Below, in pieces: positions 26,197 to 35,214 of a stretch of 44,797 bases of DNA. Under the pieces are notes generated by a model that saw nothing but the letters and a program-made list of their open reading frames with translations, searched no databases and was not told the origin of the DNA. Source of the stretch: a virus (Duplodnaviria > Heunggongvirae > Uroviricota > Caudoviricetes); the IMG/VR virus record IMGVR_UViG_2568526230_000010. One strand, given 5' to 3'. Each line of letters opens with the position of its first letter. Positions within the stretch are counted from its first letter, which is position 1. The translations under genes and the position numbers were made by a program.

Positions 26197-27672
26197 TTAA
26201 GCATAAGGGTCATAATCCGTTATGGCCCTTCCCTGCTGGCTTTGCTGTCCTGGTATATTTATGCGTTTCGAGACCGGGAAAGCAAACGTCAGCAGTAGCG
26301 CATCGCCTTTACCAGGAGAACGCCCAAGACGCTCTTTGATATCTTCCTTCGGTTCGATAACGATTTTACCGTCCACACGAACTTTGTACTCTGCCGCAGA
26401 CAGGTCGTCCGCTGTTTCCTGGTCATCCAGCATGCCGCCCAGCCTCAGCCATGTCTTGCATGAGTTGAACATCTCCCCACGCTTGTTGAGCATCTGCGGG
26501 TCAGTAGACGCGCCACCGAACGGAACAAGTTGCCATGTGCGCCCCCAACCATCACCGATTGACTTCAGACCGGTACCGTAACCGAAGTCGATGAACACCG
26601 CGTCAGCCTGATACTGGTCTTCAAAGTCAGCGATACGCTTCGCCATAATCAGATCGTCGGTAGTCTTGTTGCCAGTCCACAGCACCTTACTGTGTAGCCC
26701 CTGCCGCAGGTATATCACCGCGTCATCAACGCCTGAATATGCCGGGTCAACACCGATTATCACCGGAGCATGCGCCACCTGCGCAGCGGTTACCACCCGT
26801 TTCATTGCCTCATCAGTAAGACCGGTAGGGATAAACTGCAATTCAGATGCATCAGGGAATATGCCGCGCACACGGATTTTAACGAAGTCGCTGTCTTCCC
26901 CGTAGTCATCGACCCATTTCTGCAACTGCTGTTTGTTAGTGCCTTCCACCGTCCGGCTGTCAATCTGCGCAGTTTTCCAGCGGTGTTTATATTTGCGGAA
27001 ACATTCGCGGAAACGCCCGGTGTTACGTGTAGGGTTTCCGAACGCCACCCAGATAATCTCAGTGTCTTCGTCCGTAAGCGCACCCTCAGCAACTTCCCAC
27101 ACCAGATCCGCAATGTTCGACGCTTCATCGAATACCACGATGATGCGTTTGCGCTCGTTGTGTAGTCCGGCGAATGCCTCAGTGTTGTGCTCAGACCAGG
27201 GGATTGCGTCAGCTCGCCACCGCTTGTCGTGCCCAGGATCATTGCTGTACATCGCGGTAGCGGTACAGGTAAACCAGTCTTTCGTGATAGCAAGGTTCGA
27301 CCACTTGATAATTTCCGGCCAGGTCTTCGTTCGTAGCTGGTTGTCGGTGTTGGCGGTCACCACGACCTTACAATCCTCGCAAGTGGACATGCCCCAGTTG
27401 ATCAGCATTGAGATGAATGCGGATTTACCAATACCGTGACCAGAAGCACGTGCCAGCATAAGCGGCTGATATCGCGTCTCTGGATTCTGCAGGTGATCAC
27501 GTATCTCTCGGAACGCATCGGCCTGCCACTGACGTGGACCGGTGGCATGTGCCAGTTCAGTACCCTCTTCCCCCCACGGGAACGCATAGAGGGCATAGCC
27601 AAGCGGATCGTGAGTGAACCCTGCAATATCCTCGATTAACTGCTCTTCAGGAGATAACGCTGTATCTGTCAC
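26197..27672 (-). CDS. Terminase large subunit
   Basis: 491 aa; Walker-A-like GHGIGKSAF in the N-terminal ATPase part and acidic nuclease-domain motifs (VIIGVDPAYSGVDD); start overlaps the TerS stop by 4 nt. Confidence 0.85.
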   Translation of the reverse strand: MTDTALSPEEQLIEDIAGFTHDPLGYALYAFPWGEEGTELAHATGPRQWQADAFREIRDHLQNPETRYQPLMLARASGHGIGKSAFISMLINWGMSTCEDCKVVVTANTDNQLRTKTWPEIIKWSNLAITKDWFTCTATAMYSNDPGHDKRWRADAIPWSEHNTEAFAGLHNERKRIIVVFDEASNIADLVWEVAEGALTDEDTEIIWVAFGNPTRNTGRFRECFRKYKHRWKTAQIDSRTVEGTNKQQLQKWVDDYGEDSDFVKIRVRGIFPDASELQFIPTGLTDEAMKRVVTAAQVAHAPVIIGVDPAYSGVDDAVIYLRQGLHSKVLWTGNKTTDDLIMAKRIADFEDQYQADAVFIDFGYGTGLKSIGDGWGRTWQLVPFGGASTDPQMLNKRGEMFNSCKTWLRLGGMLDDQETADDLSAAEYKVRVDGKIVIEPKEDIKERLGRSPGKGDALLLTFAFPVSKRINIPGQQSQQGRAITDYDPYA

Positions 27673-28265
27673 TGATTACCATCCTGACGTTCTTTGAGTC
27701 GCTTCCTGGCTGCTGCTATGCGATCAGCAATTGTCACATTCACATTAACATCCAGGCGTTCTTTGAACGCATTGACGTCGACGTGCTTACCAATCAGTTC
27801 GAGGTTCTTCACCTTGTCAGGCCATTTAATTTTTTTGAGGATTGTCTCTATCGAATCCTCGTTCATGTTCATGATGGTCGATGACAGATCAAAGCCGCTA
27901 AGCGTAGTGCGCCAGATTTTCGGCCACTCGCGGATTGGCTTAAGGCTCCCATCGTCGTTGAGGATGTCGATCACGTCCATCTGGTCGATCTCCACCAGGC
28001 GCATGAGAACGTAATCAGCACTGACGCGCATTCGTTTGTTGCGCTCCTCCATCAACTCGGCAATCCGTTTTTGAATGCGTTCATCGCGCATCATGACACT
28101 GGCTTTAACTGCCGCTGTATTTGGGGAGAATCCTGCGTTAATCGCTGCCTGAGTCTGGTTTTCAGGCGTTTTGATGTATGACTGGCAATAAGCCTCCTGC
28201 ATTGCTGTTAGTGGCTTAAATTGCGTTGATTTGCGTTTATAGGCTTTAGGTTCAGCAGGCATCAT
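27669..28265 (-). CDS. Terminase small subunit
   Basis: Terminase_2-like N-terminus (LTAMQEAYCQSYIKTPENQTQAAINAGFS). The ORF track extends to a TTG at 28343 through a repeat-containing leader; the start is placed at the first ATG pair. Confidence 0.7.
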   Translation of the reverse strand: MMPAEPKAYKRKSTQFKPLTAMQEAYCQSYIKTPENQTQAAINAGFSPNTAAVKASVMMRDERIQKRIAELMEERNKRMRVSADYVLMRLVEIDQMDVIDILNDDGSLKPIREWPKIWRTTLSGFDLSSTIMNMNEDSIETILKKIKWPDKVKNLELIGKHVDVNAFKERLDVNVNVTIADRIAAARKRLKERQDGNQ

Positions 28266-28383
28266 AACCACCGTGGTAATAGTTACCGTTGTGGTAATAG
28301 TATCATGCAAAATAAAGCCGCCATAGTTGGCGGCAGTATTCAAACCCCATCAAATTCATCATGCATAATCTACTCGTGACATG

Positions 28384-28725
28384 TCACACTATTAATTTCG
28401 TTTCATGCCAGCCTTTAGTCACCCAGCATTGCGAGTCACCATCACACGGGCATGAATTCACAGGAACTCTCTCGCCGCACTTACCGCAACGTTTTCTGCT
28501 GATCGATTTTATACGCCCGTGCACGCGTGCATCATCCTGGCGGATCAGTAACGCTATATACTCACCAAATTCGTAAGGCGCACGCCCGGGGCGACGCGTG
28601 GCACAGTTACGCTCCAGCATTTCAATTTCCTGAGCATCAAGCACAATTTCCAGCTTACGCACACCAGATGCAGCTTGTCTGGCTCTCTGAGCGGCTTTGC
28701 GCTCTGCTGCTGATTTAGCCATCAA
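28384..28725 (-). CDS. Hypothetical protein with C-terminal zinc ribbon, upstream of terminase
   Basis: 113 aa; basic helical N-terminus; C-terminal CGKCG…CPC cysteine cluster. Confidence 0.5.
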   Translation of the reverse strand: MMAKSAAERKAAQRARQAASGVRKLEIVLDAQEIEMLERNCATRRPGRAPYEFGEYIALLIRQDDARVHGRIKSISRKRCGKCGERVPVNSCPCDGDSQCWVTKGWHETKLIV

Positions 28726-28996
28726 TATTCACCTTTATCGCGAACACCTTTACCGGTTTATCTCCGAAGTGCGGATGTGTGATTGTCTTGATTTCATACC
28801 CTTCATACGGGACGTCTATTCTGCGGCTGGAATCGTCGCGCTTCGGATATCCCTTTGTGATAATCAGGCGGTCATACTCGCGGAACATAATTCGCTTATT
28901 CCAGTAGTCATTACACAGGCGATACTCTTCCGTTTTCTCTCCGCGAATCATGGCATCGAAGTATTCACCTTTAACGGCAAGTTGCAGGTTAGCCAC
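28715..28996 (-). CDS. ASCH/PUA-like small protein (DUF3850-like)
   Basis: 93 aa; pattern LQLAVKGEYFDAMIRGEKTEEYR…IITKGYP resembles ASCH-fold DUF3850 proteins common in phages. Confidence 0.5.
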   Translation of the reverse strand: MANLQLAVKGEYFDAMIRGEKTEEYRLCNDYWNKRIMFREYDRLIITKGYPKRDDSSRRIDVPYEGYEIKTITHPHFGDKPVKVFAIKVNIDG

Positions 28997-29276
28997 GACC
29001 TTCCTCCTTTGGCTTGTGAATTTGTATCGTCATGCCGCTTTGAGTGGTGACTACAACGACAGAACCAGGCTGAAGACTGTTAAGATTGAATGCTTCGTAA
29101 AACGAAGCCAAGGCCAGCGCTTTTTTATTCTTTCGGTTCCACCAACGCCATCCATTGCTACAGGCTACACTGACAATCCACTGTCCACTCCTGTAAGCCA
29201 TATAAAACCAGATGAGCAAAACCTGAATGAATGCTATCCAGTCAATAATCGTATATTTCGCGAAGGAGACCATCAA
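28989..29276 (-). CDS. Small membrane protein
   Basis: 95 aa with an N-terminal hydrophobic helix; 4-nt overlap with the upstream gene. Confidence 0.45.
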   Translation of the reverse strand: MMVSFAKYTIIDWIAFIQVLLIWFYMAYRSGQWIVSVACSNGWRWWNRKNKKALALASFYEAFNLNSLQPGSVVVVTTQSGMTIQIHKPKEEGRG

Positions 29277-30088
29277 TTAACCTCCTGCGGCGGTTCCGGT
29301 AGAGGCATCCAGTACAAGGCGTTCCCTAACCACGATAAAGTGCCGTCGCTCAACTCCACGTATTCCCCTTGTACCTGTCCTGCCATATACTCGCCGTGCT
29401 TTGAATAAATTAAAATCCAATCATCTTGAGCGGGCATTCGCTCACTACAGCTTATCCAACCATCAGGAGTTACCGGAGTTGGTCCATCGAATTCGGGCAT
29501 GTCAGGACCTTTTCTGATAGCTTTAGCCAGCTCCAGCGGGTCATCGTAAAGCCAGTCGCCAGTTTGTGGGTGATTTGCTTCTGCAAGCTGCGCAGCCCAT
29601 TCAAGACCATCTTTTTGACCTTGGAGATAATCAAGCGGCAACTCTTCATGATTACTTACAGGTTCGGCACCATGAAGCATGGCGTCGCTCCGCTCTATGC
29701 CATCCAGCGCGATTCGCAGTGCCTGAATTGTGGTAGAGCTATCGTTTGGGGCTATTCCATATCGCTCGAATACAGCTAAATGGTTGCGCATAATCTCAGG
29801 CGTAAGCTCTTTGTAAGCATAAGCAAGAGGCTCTGATGCATTATCCGGCATAACCGACACAGGCGCGGCAGCATAAACAGGAATAACGTCCGCTTGCTCT
29901 TTATTGCTTTCATCCGTTAAAGCCCAGAATAATTTCCCGGCCGGATGTTTGAAAATATAAGCAACTGGTTCTGCTTCCAGCGATGCCAGAGCAATTCGTG
30001 CCAGTTCCATTTGTTCGCCACGAGTAAGCCCGTTTTCAAGCGGATTTTTAATGAACAATTCAATACGTTCTTTGGTAATAGTGGTCAT
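29273..30088 (-). CDS. DUF551-domain protein
   Basis: 271 aa; C-terminus DGWISCSERMPAQDDWILIY…LYWMPLPEPP matches the DUF551 signature of enterobacterial prophage nin-region proteins. Confidence 0.65.
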   Translation of the reverse strand: MTTITKERIELFIKNPLENGLTRGEQMELARIALASLEAEPVAYIFKHPAGKLFWALTDESNKEQADVIPVYAAAPVSVMPDNASEPLAYAYKELTPEIMRNHLAVFERYGIAPNDSSTTIQALRIALDGIERSDAMLHGAEPVSNHEELPLDYLQGQKDGLEWAAQLAEANHPQTGDWLYDDPLELAKAIRKGPDMPEFDGPTPVTPDGWISCSERMPAQDDWILIYSKHGEYMAGQVQGEYVELSDGTLSWLGNALYWMPLPEPPQEVN

Positions 30089-30098
30089 TTGTTAGTCC

Positions 30099-30854
30099 TT
30101 AAACTGCTAGTTGCAATTGCATTTCAAAGCGGTCGCGTTGTTCACAATACGCAAGAGAACCAGGGCTATTGTGTGCCTCAATCCGTTCTACCATTAATGC
30201 TGCGCGTGTCTCTTTACTTGCAGGTGCATAAGCCCCAGACCAGGCTTTATCAATACCGATGTTTCGAGCGACGTTCGTACTATCTGCGCTGGCTAAGGGT
30301 AATTTTGTGAATATCAGCGGATTTAACATGCGCAATCCATGTAGTTTCGTAACCGGCTGACCATGCCCATCAACAATGTGACGAATCAGGTCTTTCATTC
30401 TGGCTACCGCAAGAGTTGGGCGCTTTACGTCATAGTCGCCACAACTACCGATAGCCACTCGCGGAAACTCATTGCACAAATGAATAAATCGCGCGTCACT
30501 TTCATTCATGTGCCACACTGGAACGCCAGCTAGTTTTCCGTGAGGCCACTCATTCAGAAGCGCATCATTTTCCTCCTCTCCGCCATCAATAATATCCGGG
30601 ATAATGGCAAAATCGAATCCTGGGTGATTCTTCCAGCGAGCAACAAACTCGTAGTAATCGCTCCAGTCGATTTTGTTTTTGCCAGCTGCTTTCCAGGCGG
30701 TGAATGCACCGTTGTCCAGCGCGAACGACTGACAGTATTCAGCCGCGAGATTGATCTGGCCTGAATGCGCAAAACTGATAAACGCATGTCGCCCTTTCCA
30801 TGCTCTCATTGCGCACGTATCAGGAGTAATAGGCCCACCGTGGTAGTGAATCAT
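30099..30854 (-). CDS. Hypothetical protein (family not assigned)
   Basis: 251 aa; coupled in the nin-like block; weak, unverified motif resemblance to TGT-type enzymes (see findings). Confidence 0.55.
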   Translation of the reverse strand: MIHYHGGPITPDTCAMRAWKGRHAFISFAHSGQINLAAEYCQSFALDNGAFTAWKAAGKNKIDWSDYYEFVARWKNHPGFDFAIIPDIIDGGEEENDALLNEWPHGKLAGVPVWHMNESDARFIHLCNEFPRVAIGSCGDYDVKRPTLAVARMKDLIRHIVDGHGQPVTKLHGLRMLNPLIFTKLPLASADSTNVARNIGIDKAWSGAYAPASKETRAALMVERIEAHNSPGSLAYCEQRDRFEMQLQLAV

Positions 30855-30855
30855 C

Positions 30856-31512
30856 TCACTCTCCTTTGATGCGAATGCCAGCGGCGCGGATTGCAGCGAT
30901 GACTTCAGAAACTTTGTATGCCATTACCGTTTGGTAATCCTCGTGAAAATCTGTTCGATGAAGCATGCTGCTACGTTCCGGGAGCAGTATTTCCCGCTCC
31001 TCCAGTTCTGCTATGCGATTCTCTGCGGCTTCCAGCTTCTCGCGCATATCGTCAACGTACTCGACCAGAGATCCGCCAGCAGGAATTTCGCACTCCTCGA
31101 CCAGTTGGAAGTAGATATCAGCTGCGGCCCGTGTGTTGCTATGCCTAGCGTCGCCCATCTCACCTTCACGAAGAGCATCGCGTTCGGCGGTAAGATTGGC
31201 TATTTTGCTGTCTTTGCCTTCCAGCTCAACGCGAAGCCTCCCTACCGTTAGCGCAATTTCCTCGTTCTCCTGGTCACGGCGTTTGATGTATTGCTGGTTT
31301 CTTTCCCGTTCATCCAGCAGTGCCAGCACGGTTTCTGGTCCGGTCAGAAATTTGAAGGCGTTGAGCGCATCAATATCCACACCGTAATCTTTAAGTTCCT
31401 GTTCACTTATCAGATCATCATCAACTGGCAACATTAACAGGCGTTCCATTGCCGGAATTGCACGTTCTGCCGCCTCACGCAGCGCCAGTGTGTCGATGTC
31501 GATGTTGCTCAT
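30856..31512 (-). CDS. Ead/Ea22-like coiled-coil protein
   Basis: Acidic coiled-coil protein; start set at the ATG forming an ATGA overlap with the upstream stop (ORF track extends to 31536). Confidence 0.5.
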   Translation of the reverse strand: MSNIDIDTLALREAAERAIPAMERLLMLPVDDDLISEQELKDYGVDIDALNAFKFLTGPETVLALLDERERNQQYIKRRDQENEEIALTVGRLRVELEGKDSKIANLTAERDALREGEMGDARHSNTRAAADIYFQLVEECEIPAGGSLVEYVDDMREKLEAAENRIAELEEREILLPERSSMLHRTDFHEDYQTVMAYKVSEVIAAIRAAGIRIKGE

Positions 31513-31742
31513 TGTGCCTCCTCGATTTCGTCCCATTCCACCCAGGCATTCTCTCCATCAGCATCGATTTCACCTTTGTGACCGCATTTGGAACAAACGG
31601 CCTCATCACCCGCCCACAAAGAATCTTTGGTTACCGACCATCCTGTTACCCTGGCTTTGCCGTGCTGGCACCTAGGGCAATCATCAAGCCATTCGACTTC
31701 GACCGTTGAAGGACCAAATCCATGTTCAGTTCGGATGCTCAT
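31509..31742 (-). CDS. Small zinc-binding protein
   Basis: 77 aa with CPRC…CSKCGH motif; ATGA overlap with the upstream gene. Confidence 0.5.
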   Translation of the reverse strand: MSIRTEHGFGPSTVEVEWLDDCPRCQHGKARVTGWSVTKDSLWAGDEAVCSKCGHKGEIDADGENAWVEWDEIEEAQ

Positions 31743-32386
31743 GACTGAACTCCTTTGCGAATCTGTTCCGCCCATTCTTCAAGGGATTTCTCCGCATATT
31801 CACCGGACAGGCCATCAATCGGATGCGGTTCATTAGCCAACTCTTCTTTCGCTGACAAAATCATGCGTGTAACGTCGAAAACTTCACGCAAAGACTTATT
31901 GATAAATCCGTGATTGAACGCAGCAGCAAGACGGCTTGCGGTGTAGTTAATCCCCTCGTTGCGTGCCTCCGCACGTATTTCAGCCAGGAAAGCGTCGGTG
32001 GCTGACATATTTCCTGTTGCCTTCATGGCCTTCAAAATAACCAGAACGCCATCTTGCCCAACCAACTCGGAGATAATCTCAGTGTTGTCGCCAACAACCT
32101 CACAGAATGCCTGAACAGCTTTACGAGCCAGCTCATTCTCCGCCGCCAGCACCGAAAACTTCTCGTGCGCCAACTTAACAGCCGAATCAGCCTGCTTAAT
32201 TGACTCAGTCGCTCTCTGGTGGTCTTCGGCCAGCGCATTAGCACGCACCAGTTGCACTTCCAGTTGCGTTGCCAAATCGCTGATCAGCTTTGCCACACTG
32301 CGCATATCAACGGCACCACATTCTGCTTTCAGTTCCGAAGCCATCTCATGCCCGGCGGCAACTAACCCTTTGATATTACTTTCCAT
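31739..32386 (-). CDS. Hypothetical protein
   Basis: 215 aa, helical Ala/Glu-rich; first long ORF after the DUF1064-like gene. Confidence 0.5.
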   Translation of the reverse strand: MESNIKGLVAAGHEMASELKAECGAVDMRSVAKLISDLATQLEVQLVRANALAEDHQRATESIKQADSAVKLAHEKFSVLAAENELARKAVQAFCEVVGDNTEIISELVGQDGVLVILKAMKATGNMSATDAFLAEIRAEARNEGINYTASRLAAAFNHGFINKSLREVFDVTRMILSAKEELANEPHPIDGLSGEYAEKSLEEWAEQIRKGVQS

Positions 32387-32447
32387 CTTTACCCTCGCTT
32401 ATCCACATAACTTATTGATTACATTGATAACTAAAAAGATCGTCGAT

Positions 32448-32792
32448 TCAGAACTCTTCGATGTTCCAGCCGCCACCTGCTTTCTTTGGTTTAACCGTTA
32501 CCCCGATGATTCGGAACGGATACTGATCTGCGGCTACTTTGGTTTTCACTCTGGCGTCGTCGGTCCAGAAACCTTTCACTTCGTGCAGTTCCATCTCTCC
32601 GGTGGCGAGCATCACAGCGAAATCGGGCGTATAGAACGTGTTGTCAGCTAACCGCAGCTTAATACCCTCGAATCGATACCAGGCGATTTCCCCTGCACGT
32701 TTACGCTGCTCAAGGTGCTGGCAATACGCAGATTCTGTTTTGTTCATCTGGCCTGTTTTGAGTCGACCAAGAGCCTGTATCTGTTTTCTCAT
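32448..32792 (-). CDS. DUF1064-like phage protein
   Basis: 114 aa; pattern NKTESAYCQHLE…YTPDFAV…HEVKG resembles DUF1064; RBS GAGGT. Confidence 0.55.
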   Translation of the reverse strand: MRKQIQALGRLKTGQMNKTESAYCQHLEQRKRAGEIAWYRFEGIKLRLADNTFYTPDFAVMLATGEMELHEVKGFWTDDARVKTKVAADQYPFRIIGVTVKPKKAGGGWNIEEF

Positions 32793-32795
32793 GAT

Positions 32796-32872
32796 TTACC
32801 TCTAAGGTAATTAAAAACCACATAAGACACGAAATCAATAGATCTTAGAATATTTTGTTACCTTATAGGTAA
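32796..32872. promoter_or_regulatory. Pair of perfect operator-like palindromes, 62 bp apart
   Basis: TTACCTCTAAGGTAA (32796-32810) and TTACCTTATAGGTAA (32858-32872) in the gap between the P-like and DUF1064-like genes; the first overlaps the DUF1064 RBS. Confidence 0.5.
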
Positions 32873-32909
32873 TTATTGAGGCGTAAAAAAATGCGCTATC
32901 GCGCTGGTA

Positions 32910-33686
32910 TTACTTGATAAATCCTGCCGCCTTTCCCCGCCTGTATTCCTCCATCAGCCACTGCGCCGGTGTTATTCCCCCAAGGGTGGCGGCGTTAGGC
33001 ATGCACCCGAAACTTCGCCCTGGTGGATGGTAAACGTCTCTCCCTGTGTCCGGAGGTGTACTCATGGGCTCTGGCTTTGCCTGTATGCTGATCACCGGAT
33101 CGGGTATCTGCTGTCCGGAAGCCACCTTTTTCGCCCAATCATCGAGCAGCCTGCGCGCGTGTTTCTCAACCTCAATCTCGCTAAGCTGGCGCTGATACAT
33201 TGCACGGCGGGTATCACATACGACCCAGTACATAACCGGATGCCGCCACGGGAATCTTTCGGGACCACCAGGATATAAACTTTTTTCCTTGCTGTACCGG
33301 TGAAACTCCGCCATCACATCGTCAATGGTGACGCCAAGAACCATCTTGCTGTCTTTGCACCACTTGATGAATTGCCCAGGCGACGGCCAGAACGGAGATT
33401 CACTGGCGCGGGCGTGGCGCATACCAGCGTTAACCTGTTCCATTGTTGTGATCCCATTCTCCAGAAACGCAAGCATCCATTGCTTACGGAATTCATTAAG
33501 TTTGTTCTGCTCCCTTATGGTCGAAACGCTTGCAGGAAATGCAGCCTGTAACTGGACAAATAGTTCATTGAAAATTCTAGCAACCTGCTCCTTTTTGCCA
33601 TTGCTGTCACGCCGCTCTTCATGCACAGCAACACCATGCTCACGTAAGCGATCGTACTCATTGAGAAGTTCTGGAGTTGATTTCAT
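32910..33686 (-). CDS. Replication protein P-like (DnaB helicase loader)
   Basis: AAFPASVSTIREQNKLNEFRKQWMLAFLENGITTMEQVNAGMRHARASESPFWPSPGQFIKWC aligns closely with lambda P as recalled. Confidence 0.8.
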   Translation of the reverse strand: MKSTPELLNEYDRLREHGVAVHEERRDSNGKKEQVARIFNELFVQLQAAFPASVSTIREQNKLNEFRKQWMLAFLENGITTMEQVNAGMRHARASESPFWPSPGQFIKWCKDSKMVLGVTIDDVMAEFHRYSKEKSLYPGGPERFPWRHPVMYWVVCDTRRAMYQRQLSEIEVEKHARRLLDDWAKKVASGQQIPDPVISIQAKPEPMSTPPDTGRDVYHPPGRSFGCMPNAATLGGITPAQWLMEEYRRGKAAGFIK

Positions 33687-34506
33687 CCCACACCCCTTCT
33701 ATCCAGTCAGTGTTATTCCAGTCAAGCTCATCGCTTTTCCCGGCGTTTTTTGATTTTCCCCTGATATGATTTACGCGCCTGGCGAATTTTTGTTCCCACT
33801 GAACCTGCGTGAACACTTTGCCCTCAGCCATCCAGTAATCCCGGAATGCAGCAAGTTCAGCAGGTGTAAATTCCGGTTCCGGCAGGGCCGTTCCCCACAG
33901 CGCAGCACGCCGTCGAAAATCCGGCGACGGATGCCAGCCATCGGTCATCGGAAATTTCCCGATGGGTTCACTCAGGCCATCCAGAAATTCAGGTTCAGCC
34001 ACCTGCAACGGCATACCGTTCGCTTCACTGGTCGGAGCACCCTCGCGCACGTGCGCTATGTGTGGGGTTTTATATATATCTTCCTCTTCCTCTTCCTCTG
34101 GTAACTCCTTTTGTAACGCTGTTGGCGTTACTTTTTGCGTTACTCGTTTTCGATGCTCTGCCACTCTTCTATTCGTAAGTGCACGTTTTTTCGATGATTC
34201 TCCATTATGTCGCTCAAAGTTTGGAAGAATTAGTTTGCCGTCATGATAAGCAAGCCATCCGACGCTAATGAGGGCGTCAGCAAATCCTGTAATAAAAGCG
34301 AGTCTATCAAGTACTCCTTTTGTAACGCTGCCAGCGTTACCGTCTATTGTTTGCTGGTCAGCCCATGCCCATATACGAACCAGCTTTCCAAGAACAGCAT
34401 CTGGATCAATACCCAGAATTTCTGCTATCTGAAAAATTTCAGGTTTATCAGGAGTGATAACTTCAACCTTAATCCAGCTGCTTGCCATAGGTTTCCCCTC
34501 TTGCAC
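33658..34506 (-). CDS. Replication initiation protein (O-like position, DnaT-like C-terminal region)
   Basis: 282 aa directly upstream of the P-like gene; N-terminus resembles replisome-organiser domains, central acidic linker (EEEEEED), C-terminal aromatic region. Confidence 0.6.
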   Translation of the reverse strand: MQEGKPMASSWIKVEVITPDKPEIFQIAEILGIDPDAVLGKLVRIWAWADQQTIDGNAGSVTKGVLDRLAFITGFADALISVGWLAYHDGKLILPNFERHNGESSKKRALTNRRVAEHRKRVTQKVTPTALQKELPEEEEEEDIYKTPHIAHVREGAPTSEANGMPLQVAEPEFLDGLSEPIGKFPMTDGWHPSPDFRRRAALWGTALPEPEFTPAELAAFRDYWMAEGKVFTQVQWEQKFARRVNHIRGKSKNAGKSDELDWNNTDWIEGVWDEINSRTSQ

Positions 34507-34681
34507 TCTTTAGTGCACAAGCAAATTCATTACGATGGCGGTTGGCGCTATTCATTGCACATTCAACACATGTTCCGTTCAGAACATACCTTTCAGAGAG
34601 ATGGCCGTGACGGCACCGCTTTCCTGTGAAATAGCGATTTAACCCGGCTTTTGCGGCCTCCATTCTGGTTACTATCTTCAA
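34469..34681 (-). CDS. Small zinc-finger protein (cII-position regulator candidate)
   Basis: 70 aa with CRHGH…CVEC cysteine/histidine cluster; lies between a tR1-like terminator and the O-like gene. Confidence 0.45.
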   Translation of the reverse strand: MKIVTRMEAAKAGLNRYFTGKRCRHGHLSERYVLNGTCVECAMNSANRHRNEFACALKSARGETYGKQLD

Positions 34682-34759
34682 TTTTTCCGCCCCTTTTTGT
34701 TATTGATATTGGCTATTTTGCACAATTGGAAAATTTGATCAACCAGATTTGGTTTTTTA

Positions 34760-34774
34760 TTACCTTTGAGGTAC
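34760..34774. promoter_or_regulatory. Operator-like palindrome TTACCTTTGAGGTAC
   Basis: Family member with one mismatch, in the leader between the Cro-like and zinc-finger genes. Confidence 0.35.
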
Positions 34775-34775
34775 G

Positions 34776-34807
34776 AATAGATATGAAAAGACCGCCGGGT
34801 GGCGGTC
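34776..34807 (-). terminator. tR1-like terminator downstream of the Cro-like gene
   Basis: GACCGCC-GGGT-GGCGGTC hairpin followed on the minus strand by a U-rich tract. Confidence 0.5.
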
Positions 34808-34829
34808 TACAGAGGGTTGTAGCTGGATA

Positions 34830-35060
34830 TCATGAGTAGAAGAAGTATGCCAGTTCTGCTTTTGAGCGCAGCCATTGTCTTGTTTTACAGGCTTTAAAAA
34901 GCCCATTCATCAATACTTTACCTGGCATTTTGCGCTTACCTGTTAAGTGAGTCTGGATATAGTGACTCGTCGTTCCGGCTTCCTGTGCGAAGGCTTCACG
35001 CTCATCCGGAGTAAGTGCAAGCCAGTGCTTTTTGAAATCGAAATGTCCGTTATCGCTCAT
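34830..35060 (-). CDS. Cro-like small DNA-binding regulator
   Basis: 76 aa, basic, transcribed divergently from the repressor-like gene across an operator-rich 154-bp region. Confidence 0.6.
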   Translation of the reverse strand: MSDNGHFDFKKHWLALTPDEREAFAQEAGTTSHYIQTHLTGKRKMPGKVLMNGLFKACKTRQWLRSKAELAYFFYS

Positions 35061-35096
35061 AGCTATTGCCTGATATTTATTTCAGATAATAAATAT

Positions 35097-35159
35097 TCAC
35101 CCATAAGGTAACAAAAATCAAGGATAGTTACCCATGAGGTGCATTTACCTGTTGGGTAA
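35097..35159. promoter_or_regulatory. Switch-region operator cluster (three TTACCT-N3-AGGTAA-like sites)
   Basis: TCACCCATAAGGTAA (35097-35111), TTACCCATGAGGTGC (35128-35142) and TTACCTGTTGGGTAA (35145-35159) between the divergent Cro-like and repressor-like starts. Confidence 0.5.
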
Positions 35160-35214
35160 TATTGCTTTAAATTGAATCATCTACTGATTCATATATGAGG
35201 CGATTTTCCAGAAA

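Noticed and set aside
27669-28343. Full 224-aa TerS ORF from the ORF track
   Set aside because: The track start is a TTG with no SD, and the first 26 codons span a direct repeat (GTGGTAATAG twice); the first ATG at 28265 gives a more credible N-terminus. The gene is kept but shortened.
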